Positions 39,643 to 49,606 of a stretch of 64,000 bases of DNA are shown here, piece after piece. Origin of the DNA: a virus. Its lineage: Duplodnaviria > Caudoviricetes. The number at the start of each line of letters is the position of its first letter. Positions within the stretch are counted from its first letter, which is position 1. The DNA is taken from IMG/VR virus record IMGVR_UViG_3300020046_005360. The stretch is one strand, 5' to 3'. Position numbers and translations under genes: made by a program. The notes below the pieces were generated by a model. It saw nothing but the letters and a program-made list of their open reading frames with translations. It had not been told where the DNA came from and made no database searches.

Positions 39643-41193
39643 TTATTTGTTTAATAAAATTTCTAAGTCTTTATATAATTGTGTTTTCTCTTCTTGATCT
39701 AAAATATTAAAAATTTTTTCATTTTTGATTGGATTTAAAAATACACCCTCACTAAAACCATATTTATTTCCTAATTCTTCAAGTTCTTCATCTATCTCAG
39801 GAAACGTGTCATTTTCTTCAAAATAATCTTCAATTTTATTATGTAATGAATTATATAAATCCATAAGTTTTTTAGAATCAATTAATGGATTATTTATCTT
39901 TATTTCCGAAAGTATTCCAGCTAATTGTTGTAATCTTTTTATTTCGTTCATTGTATTTAAATTATTTTTTTCTAAATATAGAATACCATTTTTTTCTTTA
40001 ACATTATAATGACCCCAACTATTTTTTTCAATATATTGTTTATAGGTATTATTTCTTTTTTTATGAATATCACTAGGGATATCACGATCAGGATAATTTA
40101 TAATTATAACATTTGGGTCATATTTACTAAAATATTTTTTAGCAACATTAAAAACATTATTTAATATTTTTAAATATAATTGTATATTAGATTGTTCTCC
40201 AGTATTTCTTAATTTGGTAGTACCATATTCTTCATTAACAGAAAAAGATAATATACCAACTTTTTGAAATTTTTCGGGTATTTCATCTTTTAAATCTTCA
40301 TAAAAATGTTTGTCTCCAGTCATTAAATTTTGTAAATGAGTTCCATATATTTTATCTATATATTCAAATGATACTGTAGGATTTACAGATAAAATAACTT
40401 CTATAGTATTACCATCTACAGTAAATGTTGATTTAGTAGTATTAGATACATCCTCAAATGCTTGTGTTTGTTTTTCATCTGTAGGATTTAATTCTTGGTT
40501 TATTTTTATTTCTCTTAAAAATGGGTCGATCTTGTACTTCTTACCGTCCATATGAAGTGTCTTTAAACCATCCAAATTTAACATTCTGTAGCCCTTAGGA
40601 CCATTTCCAATTTTAAGGTCGTATACGGGAACAAGTCCTTTATCTTTGGGACTATATGGAAGTTCTCCACCAGACGTATACTTGCGCACACCTGTAAGGC
40701 CATTCATTGCGCGTAGTGATCCGTCTCCTCGTTTAGTGAATACAGCTTGGAATATTTTTCCTTTAAAGGAAAGTAATTCACGTGCTTGTTCTTTACTTAT
40801 AGTAGTATACTCGGCTTGTTTTTTCTCTATTTCTGGAGAAATAGGTTCATCTGGAACAGGTATAGTTTCAGGGGCTACTTCTACATCAGGTTCAACTGTA
40901 ATTTCTTCTTCATCACTCTTTGGGATAAGTTCGTCGTCTGAAATTTTTATATTTTCCGGTTCTTCTTTAGGAACAGGAATAGTTTCAGGTTCTAATTCTA
41001 CATCCTCTTCGTCTTTGTCTTTGTCTTTGTCTTTGTCCTCATCTTGTTCATTAAGACCTTGTGGAAATGTCTTTTTGTAATCTAAAACAGCTATTCTCTC
41101 CTTAATAACTCCATCGATATATTTTTTATCCCATTTTTTGTTTTGGGGATCTTGAAGGAGAATGTTTGATATGTCGGAAATTTTTATACTCAT
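39643..41193 (-). CDS. Multidomain protein: acidic repeat, SH3/WYL-like domain, two EIK modules
   Basis: FTKRGDGSLRAM...VYDL...GYRML; internal [14 protein letters not shown]. Confidence 0.6.
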   Translation of the reverse strand: MSIKISDISNILLQDPQNKKWDKKYIDGVIKERIAVLDYKKTFPQGLNEQDEDKDKDKDKDEEDVELEPETIPVPKEEPENIKISDDELIPKSDEEEITVEPDVEVAPETIPVPDEPISPEIEKKQAEYTTISKEQARELLSFKGKIFQAVFTKRGDGSLRAMNGLTGVRKYTSGGELPYSPKDKGLVPVYDLKIGNGPKGYRMLNLDGLKTLHMDGKKYKIDPFLREIKINQELNPTDEKQTQAFEDVSNTTKSTFTVDGNTIEVILSVNPTVSFEYIDKIYGTHLQNLMTGDKHFYEDLKDEIPEKFQKVGILSFSVNEEYGTTKLRNTGEQSNIQLYLKILNNVFNVAKKYFSKYDPNVIIINYPDRDIPSDIHKKRNNTYKQYIEKNSWGHYNVKEKNGILYLEKNNLNTMNEIKRLQQLAGILSEIKINNPLIDSKKLMDLYNSLHNKIEDYFEENDTFPEIDEELEELGNKYGFSEGVFLNPIKNEKIFNILDQEEKTQLYKDLEILLNK

Positions 41194-41194
41194 T

Positions 41195-41488
41195 TTATTT
41201 TGATGGAGTTATTTTTGTTAATTCATCTTCCCAAAATTCTATTATATTACCACCATCTTCTTCATCCCAATCATCTTCAAAACCATTTGGATCCATTTTA
41301 AAAAATGCAGACTTATTATTTTCAACAGGATTATAACCATCAAATTCAACCCCAGTTTCTGATATATTTTCTCCTTCCAAATCATATTTTTCTCCTAATC
41401 TTAAATTAGAGAATTTTACGTTTGGATTATTTACTTTAATTTCAGTTAATATGTCAGCTAGTTGTTGTAATCTTTGTATTTCGTTCAT
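41195..41488 (-). CDS. Single-module EIKVNNP protein
   Basis: MNEIQRLQQLADILTEIKVNNP start. Confidence 0.65.
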   Translation of the reverse strand: MNEIQRLQQLADILTEIKVNNPNVKFSNLRLGEKYDLEGENISETGVEFDGYNPVENNKSAFFKMDPNGFEDDWDEEDGGNIIEFWEDELTKITPSK

Positions 41489-42792
41489 GATAATTTTAAA
41501 TAAACAGAGCTTTCGTCTAATTCGCTGCTCGCATAAGAGATAATTTCTGTAAGTATATTATTTTGTATATCTTTAGGTTGAGATTCTATAATAGATAAAA
41601 ATTGTAATCCCATCATTTTAGAAACTCTCCAGTCAATATTTTTTTCCTGTATAAATATATCAATATCCTCCTTAGATTTATTTTCTATAAATTCATTAAA
41701 TAGCGAATGAAATATTTGTTTTGTAAGTTCATAGTCTTCCCACAATATTTTATAATGTTTAGAAGTCCTAAATGAATTTATATTATGTTTTTCTAAGATA
41801 GTGTTAATTGGACCAAAACCAATCTTACCATGCGACGCTGTCTTTCCCAAAATTTCACCAGCCCAATTTGTAGCATGATTAAATGTACGAAAATAAATTC
41901 GACCTCCATCGTATAATAAAGAAATATCTTTACTTTTTGAAGTGGTTTTATATCCTAAATATTGGTACTTTTTTTTATTATCTTTATCCATATTCTTTAC
42001 TTCTAATTTAGGGTTTTTACCTAGTTTCTTTAAACTGACTCCTATTATCTCCTTATTTTGGAACATGTCTTTTACTTGATTATTTAATTCTTCTATACTG
42101 GATGAAAATCGGGTATCTAACGCGCTGTCTTTTACAATCCATACATCGCTTGGATTCCATTTATCCGATTGATATTTTACGCCTGTACTCGCGTATTTCG
42201 CGTATAGATCGTTTATGAGTGGAGAGTCTCTATGATGAGTATAATTAGATTCGCTTACATAGCTATAGAGTATATTGGAACTAGTTATAAAGGATTGTTT
42301 CCACGATTCGTTTTGTGAAAATTTATATACTTCGTCTAATGGAGTTGTAGTTTGACAGTATTGATATGATTCAGATATTGTAGTGAAAGTAATATCTTCG
42401 GGTTTAATTTCTTGTCCTTTTAAATGTGAAAGAGAATTAAAAACACATTGAGTGGATTCTTGTACTGCTGTATTCTTTGAACCAGCACCCTGACCTCCTC
42501 CAGCACCGAATTCAACTGTTTTTTTAAATTCAGAAAGGGATCTCCATACAGCACCTTCACAACAGAATAATTTTTTACCACCACCTAATTCTTTATAATT
42601 TTTTTCTAACAAAAGGAGGACTCCAGGTGATGATTTTGATATAGTTGAAAAAGAACCATCTGTTAATTCAAATGGTTCTTCTTTATTTATTTTATCTAAA
42701 AATCTTTCACCTCGATCTTGATATAAACTATAAAACTCGTGATTAGAGTGATAAGGTTTAGAGAGTTGAGTTGGTGATAAACTTACACTCAT
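41485..42792 (-). CDS. Hypothetical protein, possible PD-(D/E)xK-like nuclease
   Basis: TAVQES...DKWNPSDVW...IIGVSLKK. Confidence 0.45.
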   Translation of the reverse strand: MSVSLSPTQLSKPYHSNHEFYSLYQDRGERFLDKINKEEPFELTDGSFSTISKSSPGVLLLLEKNYKELGGGKKLFCCEGAVWRSLSEFKKTVEFGAGGGQGAGSKNTAVQESTQCVFNSLSHLKGQEIKPEDITFTTISESYQYCQTTTPLDEVYKFSQNESWKQSFITSSNILYSYVSESNYTHHRDSPLINDLYAKYASTGVKYQSDKWNPSDVWIVKDSALDTRFSSSIEELNNQVKDMFQNKEIIGVSLKKLGKNPKLEVKNMDKDNKKKYQYLGYKTTSKSKDISLLYDGGRIYFRTFNHATNWAGEILGKTASHGKIGFGPINTILEKHNINSFRTSKHYKILWEDYELTKQIFHSLFNEFIENKSKEDIDIFIQEKNIDWRVSKMMGLQFLSIIESQPKDIQNNILTEIISYASSELDESSVYLKLS

Positions 42793-42794
42793 AT

Positions 42795-43472
42795 TTAAGC
42801 TATTAATTGTTTTACTTCATCAATACCTTCTACGGCTGATTTAAATATTTTCTTCCATTCAAAGTCATATAAACCACAAGGTTCCGGATTTAGATAAATT
42901 ATATTTTTATTATATTGAGTTATATTTGCTGATGGGTATACTTGTAGACTAGAACCTATTATAATTAGATGGTTTGATTTTCTAACTATATTTTTATATA
43001 GATGTGGTATATCTACTGGTAGTTGTTCTTCAAAAAGAACTGTGTTATGTCTAAGTTGTTCTTTGGTTATTGGATGTAAATCTCCTTCTTTAATATCTTC
43101 ATTCCATTCATATGGGTTGTCTTTATTCCAATCACAAACTTCAAAAACATTTCCATGTAAATGAATTACATTAGTACTACCAGCCCTTTCATGTAAGTTA
43201 TCTATATTTGTTGTAATAACAGTAACATCATGGTCTTTTTCTAATTCAGCTATAACTTTATGAGCGTAATTAGGTTCACAAGTTGAAATTAATTTTCTAG
43301 CATCATTATGGAAGTCAAGAACTTGAGTTAAAGCTATATCCAATCCTCTTCTTGATGCAACTAAGTTAACATCATATTTACTCCATAAACTATCTTCACT
43401 ACCGCGAAAAGTTGGAATCCCACTTTCCTGTGAAATTCCAGCTCCGGTGAAGAATATTATTTTTTTCCTCAT
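42795..43472 (-). CDS. Sir2/CobB-family NAD-dependent deacylase
   Basis: TGAGISQESGIPTFRG, TTNIDNLHERAG, HLHG, IGSSLQVYP. Confidence 0.92.
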   Translation of the reverse strand: MRKKIIFFTGAGISQESGIPTFRGSEDSLWSKYDVNLVASRRGLDIALTQVLDFHNDARKLISTCEPNYAHKVIAELEKDHDVTVITTNIDNLHERAGSTNVIHLHGNVFEVCDWNKDNPYEWNEDIKEGDLHPITKEQLRHNTVLFEEQLPVDIPHLYKNIVRKSNHLIIIGSSLQVYPSANITQYNKNIIYLNPEPCGLYDFEWKKIFKSAVEGIDEVKQLIA

Positions 43473-43475
43473 ATT

Positions 43476-44813
43476 TTATTTGTTAATTAAAAGTATTTCA
43501 GGTCCCATTTCTTTAATTTGAATTTGTGGATATTTTTCTTTACAAATTTCAGCACATTTTAAAAATATTCTACGTCTATATTCACTTATAGGGTGGAGTT
43601 TTATTAGTTGTGGTGTTTTATTTATCAAATATTTTGGGATTATTTCATCTCTAATGATTTTACATATAGTATTAGACCTCATTTCATCTTTTCCACCTAC
43701 CAACCCATCCTCAGGATTAATACTTCCAATCATTTTATCATAATCGTAAACTTCTATCCATTCTCCTTTTTTATTTTTTAAAACAAAATAAGATTCTATA
43801 TATTTAGATGAAGGATCAAAACTAACTTCTAATTTATTTCCATACTTATCCTCGAAACCCCAATGATTACTAATGTCTTCAGAATAATTATAAGCCATAT
43901 CAGGATCGGCAAGTTCCATAAATATTTCAGTGTCCGTATGAGATATAGAATCAGACTCATTTAAACCGATACATTCTTTTTGTATTCTAGCTTCAATTAA
44001 ATTTTTCTTTCTAAAAATAGAAGAATCTTTATTTTCTCTTATTATTCTAAACCTAATTGGTTTCTTTACTTGTACTTCTTTATCTTCTTGTAATTCAGCT
44101 TCCTCTTCTTCAGGAGCTTCTTCATTAGGTACTTCTGAAGTATCAACACCATCTAAATCTAAATTTTCGTCCCCAGGTTCCGCTGTCATATCTTGGACAA
44201 ATTGGTCCTTCATGTCGGTCTCGTTTTCAATCTCTTCACCAGGACCTGCACTACCAGGAGGTAGTCCTTGTAGTAATAGGTTTGATATAGCTTTTATAGC
44301 ATATTCTTCATCTTTTAAGTTCATTAAATGATAAACTTTTCCAGACACTTTTGCCATATAAGCTTTTGGGTTATAAATTAAGAGAAAATTACGTCCGTTA
44401 TGTAAAAGTATTTTAAATGTAGTTGGTTTGGGGCTTACAACAAATATACTTGTTATATAATCTTTATACACAGGAGACATTAAGTCTGTAAGTGTAGCTT
44501 CGAGTGAAGGATATTTTTGAAGAATATATTCGGTTGGATCTTTTTCAAATTCAAGTGTTTCTTGTCTTTGATTCTCAATAGCGTTATCTATCTCTTCTCT
44601 AAGTATGCTTTTTAAATCCATTTCTTGAATAATTTTACTACCAATTTTTAATATACCTTTATAAGATTTAGGTTGTTTAGTTGAACCATCATTTTCTTTG
44701 AACCAACCCCAACCATCATTTTGGTGATGATTTTGCCAATAAAGTTTATCTCCATTTTTGAAGGTAACTAAATCTCCGAAATTTAATTTTGGTGGAGTAT
44801 ATTTTTTACCCAT
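43476..44813 (-). CDS. Multidomain hypothetical (putative internal head protein)
   Basis: ILREE, LQE, IRE, LIE, LNE sites dividing segments; PKPTTFKILL domain. Confidence 0.6.
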   Translation of the reverse strand: MGKKYTPPKLNFGDLVTFKNGDKLYWQNHHQNDGWGWFKENDGSTKQPKSYKGILKIGSKIIQEMDLKSILREEIDNAIENQRQETLEFEKDPTEYILQKYPSLEATLTDLMSPVYKDYITSIFVVSPKPTTFKILLHNGRNFLLIYNPKAYMAKVSGKVYHLMNLKDEEYAIKAISNLLLQGLPPGSAGPGEEIENETDMKDQFVQDMTAEPGDENLDLDGVDTSEVPNEEAPEEEEAELQEDKEVQVKKPIRFRIIRENKDSSIFRKKNLIEARIQKECIGLNESDSISHTDTEIFMELADPDMAYNYSEDISNHWGFEDKYGNKLEVSFDPSSKYIESYFVLKNKKGEWIEVYDYDKMIGSINPEDGLVGGKDEMRSNTICKIIRDEIIPKYLINKTPQLIKLHPISEYRRRIFLKCAEICKEKYPQIQIKEMGPEILLINK

Positions 44814-45595
44814 TATCTTAGATCTAATTTATCTTTAGGAATTTTGATAAATTTTAATTCATCATCCCCAGTGATTTCATAAGGAATATTATGTTTATCT
44901 AACAAAGAAGTTAATTTATCCATTTGTTCTTGTTCTACTTCCCTATCTTCTTCCTCTTCAAATAAAAATTCCATTTTTATGAATCCAGGTTCATCAACAT
45001 AAGGTTCAGTACCCCACCAAGTTTCCCCATCTTTGGATAATGAAACTACTTTTAGTTCTCCATCATCATCATCTTCATCATAATCAAATTGAATTTTTCC
45101 AGGTGAGTTTACTTTTATTTCACTAAAAGTAGAATTTTGATCTGCTACAGTATATTCTTGTAATGTTAAATCATACCCAGAACGCAATGCTTCTGCTTGG
45201 GCTTGTTTGTAACTTTGAGGTAATTCTCCTCCAAAAAAATCTAATATATGCATGTAATCATTAAACTTTTTTAATTGGGGTTGATTTACTCTTATTTCAC
45301 TCTGAATTCCAGCTAATTCCTGCATACGATCTACTTCACCTCCATATACAGGTTTTTCTCCACGAATAATTCGTGCTACGTTTTCAGGATCAGCTCTATC
45401 TAATACTTTATTTCCACGAGCAACTTGATCTTCATCTTCAGTTACTTCAATATCACCATTAGCTATTCTTAATAATATTTTATCCAATGTATCTTTAGTT
45501 AAACCTTTTGTTGTACCTCCTGGAGCGTAGCGTGAATAACCTTTTTCTTCCAATAGTACTTCTTTAATTATATTTCTTAAATGCAATTTTTTCAT
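44813..45595 (-). CDS. EIKVNxP-module protein
   Basis: RMQELAGIQSEIRVNQP; shares a 66-aa cassette with 12671..13636. Confidence 0.65.
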   Translation of the reverse strand: MKKLHLRNIIKEVLLEEKGYSRYAPGGTTKGLTKDTLDKILLRIANGDIEVTEDEDQVARGNKVLDRADPENVARIIRGEKPVYGGEVDRMQELAGIQSEIRVNQPQLKKFNDYMHILDFFGGELPQSYKQAQAEALRSGYDLTLQEYTVADQNSTFSEIKVNSPGKIQFDYDEDDDDGELKVVSLSKDGETWWGTEPYVDEPGFIKMEFLFEEEEDREVEQEQMDKLTSLLDKHNIPYEITGDDELKFIKIPKDKLDLR

Positions 45596-45618
45596 ATTAA
45601 TCTTTATATATAAATATG

Positions 45619-46299
45619 TTAAATTTCGAAAATATTACCTTGACTACTTAATATACCAAATTTTCCATCCGTTACTACAGATCCATTACTAAATATAGTA
45701 GGATAACCTGATAATTGTAAGGTTCCTTGGTTTATGATATCCCCACAATTATGTATATGCCCACTCAAAAATAATTTAGGCTTAATACGATTTAATATAT
45801 GATTTCGTAATGCTCTATCTCCACAAAATTCTATATTATTATCTCTTCCATAAGATAAATCTAATATTCCTTTACAAGGGCCATGACATATAAATACGTC
45901 TATATCATCCGGAACGTTAGACCAATGTTTATCCATTTTATCTCTACTTTTCATGAAATACCAATCACCAAATGTTGGAGTGTTAGGTGAACCCCAAAAT
46001 TTAATACCTTCTATATAACATTCTTCATTTTCGAGGTAAATTATTCCGAAAGCCGTACATAAATTACGAAATTGAGTATTCCAATGGAATGCTAAAGAGT
46101 CATGGTTGCCTGCAATAAGTATTTTATATTCAACATCTAAATTCCCAAACCATTGAATAAAATCTTTAGCTTCGGGTTCATTTTTATATACATCATGATA
46201 ATTAGAAAAATCCCCAGAATGAACTATTATATCTATATCTTTAGGTATAGTTAGTAAACGGTGGTATCCGTGACTATCTCCGATATGTAAGAGTCGCAT
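45619..46299 (-). CDS. Calcineurin-like metallophosphoesterase
   Basis: DSHG, GDFS, GNHD, GHIH. Confidence 0.9.
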   Translation of the reverse strand: MRLLHIGDSHGYHRLLTIPKDIDIIVHSGDFSNYHDVYKNEPEAKDFIQWFGNLDVEYKILIAGNHDSLAFHWNTQFRNLCTAFGIIYLENEECYIEGIKFWGSPNTPTFGDWYFMKSRDKMDKHWSNVPDDIDVFICHGPCKGILDLSYGRDNNIEFCGDRALRNHILNRIKPKLFLSGHIHNCGDIINQGTLQLSGYPTIFSNGSVVTDGKFGILSSQGNIFEI

Positions 46300-46300
46300 A

Positions 46301-46579
46301 TTATTTATTTTTAATTACCCATTGAGTTACTAGTACTTCTTTGGCTTCTACTTCATCTAATTCAACTTCTTCTTCATATTCAAATGGACTTTCATCTTGC
46401 ATTTCTGTAGCACCACTAGACCAACTAGTTTGATAAAATTTACCTGTTGGAATGTGTTTAAATACACCTTCACTAAGAATACTCCATCTAGAAGTATCTA
46501 CTATTTTAGTTTCAATAGTTTCAAAATCTTCATGATCGTCATAAACCATTTCTCTAGCTTCTTCTCCTGTTAATTTCAT
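46301..46579 (-). CDS. Hypothetical acidic protein
   Basis: Coupled ORF, DTSRWS motif. Confidence 0.6.
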   Translation of the reverse strand: MKLTGEEAREMVYDDHEDFETIETKIVDTSRWSILSEGVFKHIPTGKFYQTSWSSGATEMQDESPFEYEEEVELDEVEAKEVLVTQWVIKNK

Positions 46580-46788
46580 AATTTATTTATTTCTTGTTTA
46601 ACTTCTTCATAATATTCACCTAAAGCGTAATATCCTTCGGTATAATAATTAGCCATTTTAATTAATTCTTCAACACATATAGACGCACTTTTACGTGCGT
46701 CTTCTTTTGTGTTATGGTCTGATAAATGAGATAACGTTTCATTATAAAAACGGTCAAATAAAAATTGGGCTTCTTGTTTAGGATCCAT
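46576..46788 (-). CDS. Hypothetical protein
   Basis: Coupled ORF, 70 aa. Confidence 0.6.
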   Translation of the reverse strand: MDPKQEAQFLFDRFYNETLSHLSDHNTKEDARKSASICVEELIKMANYYTEGYYALGEYYEEVKQEINKL

Positions 46789-47972
46789 TATTTCTTTTCA
46801 TCATATCGATTCGACATGTATTTTGCACTGAATTTGGAATCTAAAGTTCGTAATACAATACCTTCAATCATATTTTGTTTGAAATATTCTTCACATTCTT
46901 GTTCAATTTCTTGTCTTGAATTAAATTCTTTATGGAACACTTCTTTTACTGTATGAAAATTATAATACTTCATTGTAAGTGTGAAGTCTTCATAGTTCAT
47001 TTTTTCAGCAATTCCATTTTCATTGCATTCATCAGCTCCAAAGAATTTAATATTATTTTCTTCTTTACTACTTGGATTTAATTTATTTCCAGAACCTTTT
47101 AAAGTTTTCCCATTTAATTCTCCTCGTAAAATTAAATTATATTCTTTTTGGTCTAATAATTGTTCTAAATATGGTCTACCATACTTTATGAAATCAGAAT
47201 CATTTTCTACTTCTTCATATAAATTTAAATTAGGTTTAGTCCAAAATGATATTTTTTCTAAAAGTGTTTTTTCACGTCTTCCAACATGTTTTTTAACCAT
47301 AAGGTCAAGTTGTTGATTACGAGAACAAATAAATCCTTTACCATTTTTAACACCAATAGTAATACTTGATCCATCTACTTTTTCAGTACCAACTAGGGTA
47401 ATTGGATAACCAATTTTATTTTCAATATGACCCCAAAGATTATTAATATTAGTTTCATCTGTTTTATAAAGTCCTTCAGGGAATACTCGTGCACCCCCTA
47501 CTTTATTACCAGCTTTATCTTTAACTTCTGGTTCTTCCCATTTTGTGATACCTAATAAGAATGTTAAATCTTGATCTTCTAATTTTTTAGAAGTATTTAA
47601 ATACTTAGATACTTCATTATATGGTAATAAAATTCCATTACTATAAACAGGATCAATACTTCCTTCACGTGAAAAGTTAAATTTCTTAGCTCTGATACGT
47701 AAAGGTACTCCCTCTACTTTACCTAACATACTTTTAGTTACATCTCCGTTTGGACGTAAAAAAGATTCGAATAAAGGAATATCCGAAAGATTAAAGTCAG
47801 GTTGAATATAAACTGCTTTATCTCCTACTTGGTATAAATCTTTTTGAGATACAAGGGTAAACCCATTTTCTTCTAATTCAATTAATTCAATTCGTTCTGC
47901 GGGTTGTCCATCTTTAAATAAAGGAGACTTCTGCTTAATAGTTACTACAGTAACGGCATTAATTTTTTTCAT
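46788..47972 (-). CDS. RNA ligase (DRB0094/Rnl5-like)
   Basis: N-terminal OB-like AERIEL...VGDKAVYIQPD; motif I TEKVDGSS; LRGEL; EGIVLR; SAKYMS. Confidence 0.85.
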   Translation of the reverse strand: MKKINAVTVVTIKQKSPLFKDGQPAERIELIELEENGFTLVSQKDLYQVGDKAVYIQPDFNLSDIPLFESFLRPNGDVTKSMLGKVEGVPLRIRAKKFNFSREGSIDPVYSNGILLPYNEVSKYLNTSKKLEDQDLTFLLGITKWEEPEVKDKAGNKVGGARVFPEGLYKTDETNINNLWGHIENKIGYPITLVGTEKVDGSSITIGVKNGKGFICSRNQQLDLMVKKHVGRREKTLLEKISFWTKPNLNLYEEVENDSDFIKYGRPYLEQLLDQKEYNLILRGELNGKTLKGSGNKLNPSSKEENNIKFFGADECNENGIAEKMNYEDFTLTMKYYNFHTVKEVFHKEFNSRQEIEQECEEYFKQNMIEGIVLRTLDSKFSAKYMSNRYDEKK

Positions 47973-47977
47973 AAATT

Positions 47978-48696
47978 TTAAATTATATTTTTAAATTTCC
48001 AAATAAAACCACCAACACTTTTATATATTAATTCATTTCTACACATTGATGATATACCACTTCTACTTATTTTTAATTCATTATATACAGCCAAAGCAGA
48101 ATCCCAATCTTTAATAAAATTACCATCTAAATCATATTGAATTATAGGTTTTTGTTTCTTTTTCCTACCTTTATTTATAGATTCTTCAGAAATCATTCTA
48201 CCCATTAATTTTTTAGATATTTTATCTTTTGTTTCTTGAGTTTGTATTCTTCCAACATTAAAACCATTTGGTTTATTTTTTTATTCCAAGGTTTTGGTTT
48301 AGATAAATTTATTTTATGAGATTCGGATTTGGGTTTTCTCATTTTTTGTTTAGTCTCTTCAGACCTCTTTTTACCTTTATTTGAATTACTAATTTTTAAT
48401 TTAGCTTCTTCAGAATATATAGTTGGACCATTCCCACCTCTATTTTTATTTTGAACATTAAATCCCCATTGTGTAAATTGTTCTATCCAATATGATTCTA
48501 AAGGTTTCCATTCTTTACTATTTAGAGAATTAACTTCATCTATATAGTCATAATTTATAGAGGAGCCAAAAGTTTGTTTATGTTTCCAATATCTACAATT
48601 TCTTGTTTGACCAATATAGACTTTGTTTGGATCACCAAAACAGTTAGTAACTAAGTAAATTTTTGTAATTTGTTGGGAAGTTTGTGTATTTATCAT
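47978..48696 (-). pseudogene. GIY-YIG/NUMOD homing endonuclease split by a frameshift at an A7 run
   Basis: 48205..48696 (GIY-YIG, NUMOD3) joins 47978..48205 (NUMOD1) via the -1 frame KPNGFNVGRIQTQETKDKISKKLMGR. Confidence 0.75.
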
Positions 48697-48749
48697 CGCA
48701 GTATGTTTAAATGTTGGCGCGTATAAATATTACTTCTCTAAGCCTCTAT

Positions 48750-48797
48750 TCAGAGGCTTTTACTTACTGTTACGATGCTTACTGCTTGTTGTTCCAT
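48750..48797 (-). pseudogene. Stub resembling RNA ligase 5' end
   Basis: MEQQAVSIVTVSK vs MKKINAVTVVTIK. Confidence 0.5.
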
Positions 48798-48806
48798 AAA
48801 ATTTAT

Positions 48807-48980
48807 TTAATCATTTAATATTTGTTGATCATTTATATTTACTAATACTGCTTGATAATGAAATTGTCCATCACTATAAGGTCCTCCTAAAAATTGAACG
48901 CTAGGGTTGTTTTTTTGGAAATTTTGGACTTCAAATATAAGATTACCTACAGAATGTCCACTTAATATTGTATATATCAT
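48807..48980 (-). CDS. 57-aa hypothetical (DUF1737-like)
   Basis: MIYTILSGHS...FLGGPY...HYQAVL; CGTATATTTA motif upstream. Confidence 0.55.
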   Translation of the reverse strand: MIYTILSGHSVGNLIFEVQNFQKNNPSVQFLGGPYSDGQFHYQAVLVNINDQQILND

Positions 48981-49000
48981 AATATGTATTTTTATTTGAG

Positions 49001-49010
49001 TAAATATACG
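49001..49010 (-). promoter_or_regulatory. Representative early/middle promoter-like motif CGTATATTTA
   Basis: Variants at about 34761, 55299, 58073 and 17738, each after a hairpin and before small or non-structural genes. Confidence 0.5.
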
Positions 49011-49045
49011 ACCCGTCTTTAGATAAAAAAAGACCCTTTCGGATC

Positions 49046-49606
49046 TTATTTTTTAATTCTAAATTTTAATTCTTTTATTTGAGATGAAGACCAAAATTCC
49101 TTAGTTCCTGGTATTCGTCTTATTGAAGTTTTGATAAAGTCTTTTATTTCTTCATCACTTTTTTCCTTAAAGGGATATGGGTCTATTTTTATATGTAGAT
49201 TAGTATCTGATCTAGAACCAGGAATATCTTCTGTTCTTACAACTGTAACACCAAGTATACTTCTTATATCAGATAATACATCACTTAAATTTACGTTGTC
49301 TTGAACCCTAAGAGTTCCATTTAACATTAATATAGAATCAGATGTTGATTCTTCTAAATCTGGAGCATCTGAAGTATCATATTTCCCGTAGAATTCTTCC
49401 TGTTTTTTTAGATCTGTATAATGAAATGTTTCTGTTGTGCCAGTTTCATCTAAAGTAACTGAATAATATGGATGTTTAGATAAAACTATAACCCCATCAT
49501 CTCCTCTATTAGTTTTTACAACATCTCCTTCAGAAAATTTAGTGTCTTGTTCCAGTAAGTTATAAACAGTTTCTCTAATTAATTTTATTAGATTGGTTTT
49601 ATTCAT
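49046..49606 (-). CDS. Two-domain hypothetical (KOW-like + LSDIRSILGVTVV domain)
   Basis: LIKLIRE leader, FSEGDVVK. Confidence 0.6.
   Translation of the reverse strand: MNKTNLIKLIRETVYNLLEQDTKFSEGDVVKTNRGDDGVIVLSKHPYYSVTLDETGTTETFHYTDLKKQEEFYGKYDTSDAPDLEESTSDSILMLNGTLRVQDNVNLSDVLSDIRSILGVTVVRTEDIPGSRSDTNLHIKIDPYPFKEKSDEEIKDFIKTSIRRIPGTKEFWSSSQIKELKFRIKK

Noticed and set aside
48276-48282. Programmed frameshift in the GIY-YIG gene
   Set aside because: A homopolymer indel from decay or sequencing error is the simpler explanation; its paralogs are intact
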